Shown here piece by piece: positions 39,694 through 48,513 of a stretch of 64,000 nucleotides of DNA (position 1 is its first letter; each line of letters opens with the position of its first letter). Below the pieces are notes generated by a model. It saw only the letters and a list, made by a program, of their open reading frames with translations. It had not been told where the DNA came from and made no database searches. Location: contig CAVPLT010000004.1 of NCBI GenBank assembly GCA_963706325.1, positions 256,001 through 320,000 on the forward strand, read 5' to 3'. Origin of the DNA: an uncultured Nitrospiraceae bacterium (lineage in GTDB: Bacteria > Nitrospirota > Nitrospiria > Nitrospirales > Nitrospiraceae). The translations under genes were made by a program, and so were the position numbers.

Positions 39694-40977
39694 TTACTCC
39701 CGTGCTGCTGACGCTGCAGCCCGCATACCCGATGCCGGAAGATTGACGGAGAACGTGGAGCCTACGCCCACTCGACTCTCGACCAGAAGTTGGCCACCAT
39801 GATCATGGACGATCTGGTGCGCACTGGTTAGTCCTAGGCCCGATCCGTCGCCGGCGCTGTTGGAGTGCTTTGTGGTAAAAAACGGATCGAAGATGCGCTC
39901 CAGATGTTCCGTCGCAATGCCGCATCCTTCATCCTCGACCTGCAATTGCACCCATGCGGTCCCCCCACTGTAGGGTAATAATCGGGTTTGTACGGAAATT
40001 ATGCCCTGGCCATTCGGCATTGCATCCAGCGCATTAAAGAAGAGGTTGAGGAGAACCTGTTTGATTTGTTGACGATCCATTGTGACGAGAGGCAGGTCAG
40101 GCGCCAAGGTGGTGCGGACGCGCGTGCCCCGCTGCGATGCGCGGGCCGATACGAAACAGAGACATGAGGTGACGAGTTCGTTGAGATCTACGTCGCTCAG
40201 TTGCGGAGCCATGTAGCTGGCGTAGTCAAGAATTTCGTGCAATAAACGCTCGATGCGATGGACATCCTCGATGGCTAGCCGGCTGAACTCCTTGATGAAC
40301 ACGGGGTCGTGCTGGCGCTGCGGGGCCAACTGGATAAAAGTCTTAATCGATGTAAGAGGATTGCGGATTTCATGGGCAAATCCGCCCGCCATCATCTCCA
40401 ACGAACGCAGCCGGTCCGTTCGTCTCATTAGCATCGAAGATCGCCGAAAATCGTCCTGTGCCAGGTGATTATCTAAGGCATTGGAGGCGATGTGTCCTAT
40501 GGTTTCGGTCACGGCAGTATTATCTTTGCCTATGTGAGTATCTGTGGTTTGCGGGCCGAAGGCACACACTCCGAGGAGGCCCCGGTGTGACCTGAGCGGA
40601 AGACAGAGGGCCGCCTGCAATGCCGACAAGGTCGCGTCAAGCCGAGAATCCCGCTCTTTTTGGTATTGAAGCATGTGCACGCTGTTCGAAAGGGACGTGA
40701 CAAGGGGGTGGTCATCGCGCAATATTGAGGGCAATGAATGCGCAGTAGGGTGCCCTGAAGTCGATAGGAGAAAGAACTGCTGAGCATCGATCCCTCGCAC
40801 CCAGATCGCCGCTTCAGGCATGTCAAGTTGTTCTGAGAGAGTTGCGAGAATGCAATGGCCAAGGTGCGGTAGATCCTTCTCGCGTCCCGCAGCCTCGGCA
40901 AAGGCACCGATCATTCTGACGAGGTCAAGTGAGTCTGTAAGGATAGAAGCGTGCGGGGTATGTTTGTCGGGTGTCAT
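39694..40977 (-). CDS. Cytoplasmic GAF-like sensor histidine kinase
   Basis: FAHEIRNPL, NLFFNALDA, DEGCGI, FDPFFTTK, GSGLGL; no TM. Confidence 0.93.
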   Translation of the reverse strand: MTPDKHTPHASILTDSLDLVRMIGAFAEAAGREKDLPHLGHCILATLSEQLDMPEAAIWVRGIDAQQFFLLSTSGHPTAHSLPSILRDDHPLVTSLSNSVHMLQYQKERDSRLDATLSALQAALCLPLRSHRGLLGVCAFGPQTTDTHIGKDNTAVTETIGHIASNALDNHLAQDDFRRSSMLMRRTDRLRSLEMMAGGFAHEIRNPLTSIKTFIQLAPQRQHDPVFIKEFSRLAIEDVHRIERLLHEILDYASYMAPQLSDVDLNELVTSCLCFVSARASQRGTRVRTTLAPDLPLVTMDRQQIKQVLLNLFFNALDAMPNGQGIISVQTRLLPYSGGTAWVQLQVEDEGCGIATEHLERIFDPFFTTKHSNSAGDGSGLGLTSAHQIVHDHGGQLLVESRVGVGSTFSVNLPASGMRAAASAARE

Positions 40978-41083
40978 TGTCCTGTGCAGGGAAAATCACT
41001 CCAGGCACCATGCTGCTCGTGATGCCAATCAACTCGCTGCCTGTACGGTGCTGGTGAAGGAAGTATATAGACACGGTTTTCTT

Positions 41084-44000
41084 TCAGCCAGCGGAATCAG
41101 GTTTTTCGACGACAGCGATGAGAATATGTCCGGAGAGCATACGCAGAAGTCTCGCTGGAGAAGGTGTGATTTGTGAAAGGCGCGCGTTGAGGGTGTCCTC
41201 TTCGAAGGTGTGCAATTGACCGATGCGAAGGGCTTTGCAGCACTGCGCCATGTGATTCAAGACCAGGCGGGTTTCCCCCGTGAACGCATCGCGACCCTCT
41301 TGTTGTACCGCAGACCGATATAAAAGACCCACATCTGCGGAGGGGGCGAAGGTGCTCACGACAAGTTTTCCACCCGGCCTGAGTACACGGAAAAGTTCAC
41401 GTAGTGCATGGAGGGGCGAAGGCGCAAAGCTGAGTGAGAGGTCCGCTACGATACGATCGAACGAATGGTCAGCGAAGGGAAGGGCTTCCGCAGATCGGCC
41501 GAGCACCCAACTCTGAGCTAAAGGGGTGGGGCCGGAAATCCGCCCCGAGAACAGTCCGTCCACCTGCTTCAGCGCGTCCTTTGTCGCAGACTGTGCGGCA
41601 TGAAGTGCCAAGGTGGAGAAGTCTACTCCGACATAGCGGAGTGGTCTCGCGTGACGCCACGTTTGAGCACGAAGGCGATAGGAAAGATTGAGCAAAAGTA
41701 GCCTTGCGAAGGAATGCATGCCACATCCGATGTCGAGAAGAGCTAGGCCTCCGTCCAGAGGTTGTGCGAGTTGGTAGAGCTGCTCGATATGTTGCCAATA
41801 GGTTGGTAGTTCTTCCAGGGCTTGAGTGAGATGTGTTTGCACGCTCCAAAGGCGATCCCTGGCTTCGGCGTTGACGAAATACTTGGCTCGGAGCCGGTCG
41901 CGTTCGAAGCGTGAACGAATGGCGATAGGCCTTGAGATGGAGAGGGGGATTGTTGCGGACGAAGGCGCGAAGTTGTTGGACGGCTGGCAGAGCTGCCGGA
42001 GACGTTGCCAACTCACCTCCAAGCCCTTCGGCGCGATGTCGCCGGCAGTCAAGATGGAATATGGTAGGCTCGCGCGGCGACCTTTTAATCCGAGTAGACC
42101 CATCGCATCGTTCAAGTGAATCGGTGAAGTTCCTGGTACCGTTGGTGCAGAAGCTTCGGGGTTGGCCGTGATAATCACGACCTCGGTTTCACAGTGCGTG
42201 AGATCACTACGTAGTGCGGTTACGTCCGTGTACTGTGCGGCAATGGCGTCAGTCAAGAAACGATCGATGTCTAGAGGAATTCCCAACAGATTGCCTATGC
42301 CGAATCGGGTTCCTGCTAGATGTTCTTGGATCAGATTACGTTCATGTAGTGCATCGAGACAATTCCGAAGGTCCAGAGTCGGATTGATCAGAATGAGCCG
42401 ACGAATCAATCGATGCCAGTCTTGACGTCGTAGCGCAATTCGCCCAAGGATGTCCGGCGCTACCATAGTCAGTGACGCCCCAGGCCACATTTTCTGCGTG
42501 AAGGCTAGGACGGTGTCGAGGTCGTCTTCCAGGGAGGTGAAGGTTGTCTGGGCTGGATCACCGTCGCTGAGGCCCAGATGGCAACTGTGGTCATAACGCA
42601 GAACTCGCAGCCCACCTTCTGCAAGAAGGTAGGCAAAGGCTACGTATGCCTGCTGAGTCATGCCATATCCCGAGCATAGGAGTACGATGGGAAGCAAAGT
42701 GGTCTGCGCTTGCCGGGGCGCGTCATGACACAGCGCGATAATGTGGCCCTCACGATTCCGCAATGCATGTGAGACCGTGATCACGGAACTATTGGCCGTC
42801 GGTTCGGCGAGATCGTGCGAAGGGCCGATCGCCGGCATAGTGATGCTTCGCAGTCTGTATTCCTGAGCAGTTGACAAATTCTCAAAACGCACTCCTAGCT
42901 GAAAACGTCCCTTCGATGCGGTCTCCGGGCGAGATGTTGTATTGATGCGCAGGATGCGCGTCCATATAACACGCGCGGTCCATAGGTCATCCGCCTCTTT
43001 TGAAGCCGGAGCGCCGATGGGTTGCGCGATTGGACCAACAAGAATTAATTGGATGATCTGATGCTCCGCCAGGGAGTCCAGGTGCCCGGACAATTCGAGG
43101 CAGGCTCCGTCTCGGCTGAGGTCCAAGATCAGGCCGGGCGGCCGATCCGACCGATTCTCCTCGATCGCAAGTCGAATGGGAATTGTAATCGCCAGACGAA
43201 CCGTTTCACGCCGGTCTTTCGGCATGTCACTCGATATAGGTACATTCTCATGCCCGTTCTTTACCGGTGAAAAGGGCGAAAGAATTAAGGCTTCGAAGCT
43301 CACCGAGGTGGAACCTTCTTGGAGTCCATCCAGAAGTGACTGCAGCACGTTTCGGTCACCGTCACTAGTGAGCGCAAATGATATGACGATGTCCTTGGTG
43401 AACTGCAATGTGGATTCGTCGGTTGTAGGAGGACGCTCATGCGCCATACCCTGAAGTTCCAGAAAGCTGACCGGTGTTTTGATGACCACATACGCCGGTT
43501 GCAAATGAACTGAGGGCGACTGGTCACGGAGCGTTAGTAGCGCTCCTCTTGTGCTCATGTTTCGAAGGACGCAGCGAAGTGTACTATTACCGATGGTCAG
43601 TTCAACGGGGAGCGATAGCAGGTGGCGCGGAAACCGACGGCGCTCACGAGTTGATACGGAAGGATTTGACGTATCAGCGGGGTACTGGCTGGTTCCAACT
43701 ATCGAAGCTTGTGTTCCAAGTTTGTCGAGACTGTCGGATGAGGTCAGCGTATCGCCGGCGGCCGGAATTCTAACCTTGATCGTCACTCCTTTGTCCGGTG
43801 TGCTCTCAATCTCGATGGCGCCCTTATGTGCATGGACGATCTGGTGAGCCCGCAGAAAATCCTCGGGCGATACGTCTTTGGCAGAGACGACGGATGGAAA
43901 ATTACTGTCGCTTGCGACGACTTGGATGGTGAAGCTGGCATAGGTGCGGGTGGTGTTCGGATCGGCGGCGATGACATCATGTGGCGTCCTTCTGCTATGA

Positions 44001-45283
44001 AGGACGAGTGGTTCGGTGTACAGAGTGAGCCAAGAGGATGTAGGCATTCCAGAAATGCAACGTTGAGCATAGTCGAGAAGAATTCGTGCGAGATCTTCGA
44101 CTGCCTCACGCGATCCTGTGATGACAGGGAGATCCTTAGCGAAGCGTGCCGTTAGCTGGGGGCCCTTGCCTTGTGATTCGCGTAGGGCAGACTGCATCAC
44201 CGCCTGGAGGATTTCATTGAGGATGAGAGGTTCATCTGACAACGGTTGTGCTTGAATAATCTGTACCAGCTGTTGGGTTAGTTGGTTGGCTTGCGAAGCC
44301 TGGGCGATCATGGTTTCTACATGCTGCTGGATTTTACTCTGCTGGATTGTGCTCAGCAGTCGTTGTGAGTCTTGGAGTAGAGTGGTCAGAGGCTGCTGGA
44401 GTTGACGTGATACCCTGGCGGCTTCCTGTGAGAGAGCGAGCTGGCAGTTGGTTTCTTGGAGTCTGGATTCCAACTGTGTGAGGCGGTCCTGCTGGGATTT
44501 TTCTTGTGAAAGATCACGTACCAACCCCACCGTGCCGATATATCGATGGGCATGGTCGAGCAATCCTTTGGCCGTAACCTCTACGGATACGACAGAAGGT
44601 GTCACATTTGGGGTCGATTTTCGATGCAGCGTGAGTTTAAACCTGCGCACGGAGCGGCTTCCGGCCCGGCGTTCGTTCACGCGAAAGCGTCCGGTAGCCT
44701 CCTCTTGCGGTGGAATAAGGATTGAGTAATGCTGGCCGGCAAGCTCCTCTGGTGTGTAGCCGAGCATTGCCGTCACGATGCCGCTGACATAGATAAAGCG
44801 GCCATCCTGGTCGAGCTCATATAAAAGGTCGTTCACGGTATCAATAAATCGAAGGTGCCGCTGAAAAGTGTGGTCGAGTTTCGCTTGCAGCTCGCGTTTC
44901 TCAACGGCCTCCTGGGCAGAGAAGAGCAACTCTGTGACAAAACCAGGTGAATTCTTAAACAGGAGGAAGTCTGCGCCGTTCTGCAAGGCTTGGATTGCCG
45001 TCTGTGAATCGCTCTGGTTTGTTTGAAGAAGGATTGCCGCATAGGGGGCATTGCGGCGGATACGAGCGATGATGTCGAGGCCGCTGTTGGGCTGCAAGTC
45101 CTGATCGATCAGGATGATCTGCCAGTCGGCTCGCTGACTAAAGGTGAGAGCGTCTTCTGAGGAGAAGCCGGCTTCAATGCGGCAATTTGCGAAGAAACCT
45201 CTTAAGCTGGAGGTCACCAGTTTGAGTTCGTCCGGATGTTCACTGATGAGCAGAATGTTTAATGACGATTCAGGACTCGGCAT
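41084..45283 (-). CDS. 1399-aa multidomain protein: REC-PAS-degenerate HK-PilZ-PilZ-LuxD-like alpha/beta hydrolase-SAM methyltransferase
   Basis: ILIDQDL (REC); ELDQDGRFIYVS...LGYTPEEL (PAS); RRRFPR/NMSTRG and RRETVR/DLSRDG (PilZ); SGYG...RVLRYDHSCHLGLSDG (LuxD-like); LLDIGCG, LPFADHSFD, VLRPGG (MTase). Confidence 0.85.
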   Translation of the reverse strand: MPSPESSLNILLISEHPDELKLVTSSLRGFFANCRIEAGFSSEDALTFSQRADWQIILIDQDLQPNSGLDIIARIRRNAPYAAILLQTNQSDSQTAIQALQNGADFLLFKNSPGFVTELLFSAQEAVEKRELQAKLDHTFQRHLRFIDTVNDLLYELDQDGRFIYVSGIVTAMLGYTPEELAGQHYSILIPPQEEATGRFRVNERRAGSRSVRRFKLTLHRKSTPNVTPSVVSVEVTAKGLLDHAHRYIGTVGLVRDLSQEKSQQDRLTQLESRLQETNCQLALSQEAARVSRQLQQPLTTLLQDSQRLLSTIQQSKIQQHVETMIAQASQANQLTQQLVQIIQAQPLSDEPLILNEILQAVMQSALRESQGKGPQLTARFAKDLPVITGSREAVEDLARILLDYAQRCISGMPTSSWLTLYTEPLVLHSRRTPHDVIAADPNTTRTYASFTIQVVASDSNFPSVVSAKDVSPEDFLRAHQIVHAHKGAIEIESTPDKGVTIKVRIPAAGDTLTSSDSLDKLGTQASIVGTSQYPADTSNPSVSTRERRRFPRHLLSLPVELTIGNSTLRCVLRNMSTRGALLTLRDQSPSVHLQPAYVVIKTPVSFLELQGMAHERPPTTDESTLQFTKDIVISFALTSDGDRNVLQSLLDGLQEGSTSVSFEALILSPFSPVKNGHENVPISSDMPKDRRETVRLAITIPIRLAIEENRSDRPPGLILDLSRDGACLELSGHLDSLAEHQIIQLILVGPIAQPIGAPASKEADDLWTARVIWTRILRINTTSRPETASKGRFQLGVRFENLSTAQEYRLRSITMPAIGPSHDLAEPTANSSVITVSHALRNREGHIIALCHDAPRQAQTTLLPIVLLCSGYGMTQQAYVAFAYLLAEGGLRVLRYDHSCHLGLSDGDPAQTTFTSLEDDLDTVLAFTQKMWPGASLTMVAPDILGRIALRRQDWHRLIRRLILINPTLDLRNCLDALHERNLIQEHLAGTRFGIGNLLGIPLDIDRFLTDAIAAQYTDVTALRSDLTHCETEVVIITANPEASAPTVPGTSPIHLNDAMGLLGLKGRRASLPYSILTAGDIAPKGLEVSWQRLRQLCQPSNNFAPSSATIPLSISRPIAIRSRFERDRLRAKYFVNAEARDRLWSVQTHLTQALEELPTYWQHIEQLYQLAQPLDGGLALLDIGCGMHSFARLLLLNLSYRLRAQTWRHARPLRYVGVDFSTLALHAAQSATKDALKQVDGLFSGRISGPTPLAQSWVLGRSAEALPFADHSFDRIVADLSLSFAPSPLHALRELFRVLRPGGKLVVSTFAPSADVGLLYRSAVQQEGRDAFTGETRLVLNHMAQCCKALRIGQLHTFEEDTLNARLSQITPSPARLLRMLSGHILIAVVEKPDSAG

Positions 45284-45665
45284 GAAAGATCTCAGGTCCT
45301 CACACAGGGGATATGATCGTGCGGTCCAGATGCTATTCGTGGCATGCCCAGCGTTTTGCCGTTCATCATTGACAGTTCGCCCTATTAGGGGGGACTGTAT
45401 GCTTAAAAACGGCTATTGGCGACATAAGTGGTTCAATATCATACAACCCCCCGAGATGCCCAGTCCGCTGCATGCGGGGACAATGTTACTTCGGTAGGGG
45501 AATAGCTTGTAATGGATTGAAGAAGGATCAGCGAGGGAGCTAAGCGCGCTTGGCTGAAAAATAGGTCAGCAGCCAGCTCTGAGCGATGAAGTCGCAAAGA
45601 CCAATATACGGGGGCATTGGCCCACTGCAAACTCTAGTCTGCCCCGGGCGCCGAGCAAGGCCTAT

Positions 45666-46667
45666 TTAACGGGCAGCGGTTGTGCTGGCAGGTTGTTGAC
45701 AGACGCCGGGAGTCATGTAGAGAAGATAGTTCCCCATTCCATAATGAATATTAGGGTTCTGCAAGGGGTGATGGTGAACCATGATCATTTCATAGTCGTC
45801 TTGTTTGGTGACCGCGAATCCTAAGTCATTTTTATACACTTGGTAAGGTCTAAAGTCGCGAAAGGTACCATCGGCATCCACGTCGGGAACGGTTCTGAGG
45901 AGGGTCTGGTTGGTAGTCTTATTCTCAAGCGCGACCATGAGGAGTTCATCGTGGCCGTGAGGGTAGGCGAATTTTACACATCCGTCCATGTTGAACTTCA
46001 GCGGCGCCGAAAGCACTGACACGCCCGGTTTAATTTCGATTCCCTCGTCGGTTTGATCCCCGCCTCGTTGACCGAACTTGCTGTAGCAGACGATATTCAC
46101 ACCCACTTGGTAGACATCCATCTCCTGTACTTTCGCGCCCCTCGGTGCCACATACATCGTGAACCGTGCCATTACGTCCTTCGTGGGTGGGGCCTTGTGA
46201 TAAAACGCGACCACGGACATCAGATTTTGACCTTTGCCCAGTTTCACGCCATATCCGTCCGGAAAGCGGGCTTCTGTCATCTCCAACCCCGCCCCGGCGA
46301 AAAACAACGGTTCCCCATCGCATGACACGCTGGGTTTGTCGTTATTCAACATGAGAATGTGATGGAGGTAGTTCTTCGGCAGCGGCTGGCCGTCCTTCGT
46401 GAATACTTCGGATTTATATCCGATCATGAACGTGTCGTCCGGCAACTGAAACACTTTTTTCGGCATGCTGGAGGCGAGATCGCCATCGTGCCCGGTCGGC
46501 AGATCAACCGGGCCGAACGTGAGGGTAACGGTGTGATCGTCGATGGTAATTTTGGTGTCGCCCGTACTGGGCATCGTAGGAATTGCGTGATGATCATGGC
46601 CGCCATCGGCATAGACCGCACTCGTGAGCCCTAGCAGGATCAGCATTGTCAGTAGCGCACGAATCAT
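45666..46667 (-). CDS. Secreted copper type II (PHM/DBH-like) monooxygenase-like protein
   Basis: Signal peptide, HDHH, YLHHIL, RFPDGYGVKL, FAYPHGH, GMGNYLLY; GAGGAGG SD. Confidence 0.65.
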   Translation of the reverse strand: MIRALLTMLILLGLTSAVYADGGHDHHAIPTMPSTGDTKITIDDHTVTLTFGPVDLPTGHDGDLASSMPKKVFQLPDDTFMIGYKSEVFTKDGQPLPKNYLHHILMLNNDKPSVSCDGEPLFFAGAGLEMTEARFPDGYGVKLGKGQNLMSVVAFYHKAPPTKDVMARFTMYVAPRGAKVQEMDVYQVGVNIVCYSKFGQRGGDQTDEGIEIKPGVSVLSAPLKFNMDGCVKFAYPHGHDELLMVALENKTTNQTLLRTVPDVDADGTFRDFRPYQVYKNDLGFAVTKQDDYEMIMVHHHPLQNPNIHYGMGNYLLYMTPGVCQQPASTTAAR

Positions 46668-46742
46668 AGCCCCTCCTCGTTGTAACAGACCGGCCGTCCG
46701 TGAAGTATATGTGAACCATGTCAGGGGAGTGTCGCCCGCGTG

Positions 46743-47735
46743 CTAAGGAGTTGGAGGCGGTGTGAGTCTTTTCCACAGGTAACTGCCACCGTGCTGCCGG
46801 GGCGGGATATGGTCCTTCGTGCCGACTCGAACATACCACCATATTCCCTTGGCTTGTGTGCCGTCTTCAGAAAGAACGATTTCAAATGCGCCTTCGCGGT
46901 CATTGCCCGTTTGTTTCCACGTGCCCTGCCATCGGCGGTCGTTATAGTTGGTGGTGGAGAATTGCCCCCCTTGCCAGGTATAGGGACCATTGCCTTGCGC
47001 ATTCAGAGTCGCAACGTATTTTTTATTGTCCTCGATCTCAGTGACTTCCCATTCTCCACTTAAATCCGCGCTAGCTTGAATGCCCGCTTGGCTGTCGGCG
47101 GCTCGATGAAGGAGCGTGGTCTTGTCGGCCGAGGCGATCCCCGAACGGGTGTCATGATGCCGGGTTGACTCATGCCAGGAGACGAGAATCCAGCGTCCAT
47201 CCCGTCGTTCCAGCACGCCGGTTTCGCGGAGTGGGAGTACCATCGGTTGATCGTCGGAATTGACGTGACGGATATAGTCCAATTCCATCGCAAACCAGGT
47301 AATTTCGCCGTTGCGCCAGAGTTGCAGATGCGTGATTGGGATATCCAGCTTGACGACGGAGTCGAATTCACTGCGCATGTCAGCCGCAAGGGCAGGCCAG
47401 CCCTCATATTTGCGTCCATCGAGCGTATAGCCGAGGGCGTCGGCATCGTGCGACATGTACTTCGACATCGTGGCAAGATCCCGTTCTGCATTGGCTCGCA
47501 CGAGCATACGCAACGTCGTTTCCGCGTCGAGAGGTTCGTCGGCAGACGCCGGAGAACCAAGCAGCATGCTGATCAGCACAACAAAAACAAGCTGGGTCCA
47601 GTGCGGGAGGAGGTCGGATTGATGTCTACGCAGCCGATTGTTCATAGGCAGAAAAAATCGTCTCACTGAAATAAGCGCACACTCCAAAACTACCTGGTGC
47701 TCGGAGGTGCTGTCAATGTCTATTTGCCTGATCAA
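46743..47735 (-). CDS. Secreted SnoaL/NTF2-like domain protein with extra C-terminal beta domain (start probably 47645)
   Basis: Signal peptide, LRETGVLERRDGRWILVSWHES. Confidence 0.75.
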   Translation of the reverse strand: MIRQIDIDSTSEHQVVLECALISVRRFFLPMNNRLRRHQSDLLPHWTQLVFVVLISMLLGSPASADEPLDAETTLRMLVRANAERDLATMSKYMSHDADALGYTLDGRKYEGWPALAADMRSEFDSVVKLDIPITHLQLWRNGEITWFAMELDYIRHVNSDDQPMVLPLRETGVLERRDGRWILVSWHESTRHHDTRSGIASADKTTLLHRAADSQAGIQASADLSGEWEVTEIEDNKKYVATLNAQGNGPYTWQGGQFSTTNYNDRRWQGTWKQTGNDREGAFEIVLSEDGTQAKGIWWYVRVGTKDHIPPRQHGGSYLWKRLTPPPTP

Positions 47736-48513
47736 CGCTCTCCGTGCTGGTGCAGGCCACCACGGTCACATTGTCGATTCCCCCTGCCTCGAGCGCCGCC
47801 GTGATCAGTGCTTCGGTACAGAGGGGGGGATGGTGTCGGTGGGGCAAGGCTGCCTGTAGAATGCGCTCGTCCGTCAACATTTTCGTGAGGCCGTCAGAAC
47901 AGAGCAGCAACAGATCGCCCTGGATGAGATCATAGGGGAAAACATCGCTTTTGATCGTGGGACCAACTCCCATCGCTCGAGTCAGCACATGGCGGTCAGG
48001 GTGATGAGCGGCCTCGTCTGGAGTGAGGCGTCCGTCGCGAATCCTTTCTTCGACCAGCGTATGGTCACGGGTCAGTTGGATGATCGTCTTGTCCCTGATC
48101 ACATAGGCCCGGCTGTCGCCGACGTTCACCACCACCAGACGGGGAGTGGGATGCTGGAGTAGATGCGCCGCGACCAACGTGGTTCCCATTCCCTGCAACG
48201 GTGGTTCGTGATCGGCGCGGGCAAGGATAGCGGCATGGGCATGGTCGACCATAGCGGTGAGGGGGAAGATGGCGCGTTCTTCCTCCGTGACATCAGATGT
48301 GGCCGTCCTCAGGGAGAGAGTGGGAGCAAAATCAGCGAGGGTGTCCACCACGAGTCGACTGGCGACGTCGCCTCCCGGTTGGCCGCCCATGCCGTCCGCC
48401 ACGACCCATAGCCGGTGACGGTTATCGACAAGGAAGGTATCTTGGTTGGAACGACGGACCAAGCCGCGATCCGTCTGACCATATGCCGTCCATTCCCACG
48501 TACTTGGGGTCAT
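47713..48513 (-). CDS. Second PP2C-type Ser/Thr phosphatase
   Basis: NQD, VADGMGG, GMGTT, NVGDSRAY, LCSDGL, GGIDNVT. Confidence 0.93.
   Translation of the reverse strand: MTPSTWEWTAYGQTDRGLVRRSNQDTFLVDNRHRLWVVADGMGGQPGGDVASRLVVDTLADFAPTLSLRTATSDVTEEERAIFPLTAMVDHAHAAILARADHEPPLQGMGTTLVAAHLLQHPTPRLVVVNVGDSRAYVIRDKTIIQLTRDHTLVEERIRDGRLTPDEAAHHPDRHVLTRAMGVGPTIKSDVFPYDLIQGDLLLLCSDGLTKMLTDERILQAALPHRHHPPLCTEALITAALEAGGIDNVTVVACTSTESVDQANRH

Noticed and set aside
41010..41035. TGGCATCACGAGCAGC upstream of the kinase as a sigma54 promoter
   Set aside because: GG to GC spacing is off by one base.
45399..45497. 32-codon plus-strand ORF MLKNGYWRHK...
   Set aside because: Only a G-rich pseudo-SD and no recognisable features; cannot be supported.
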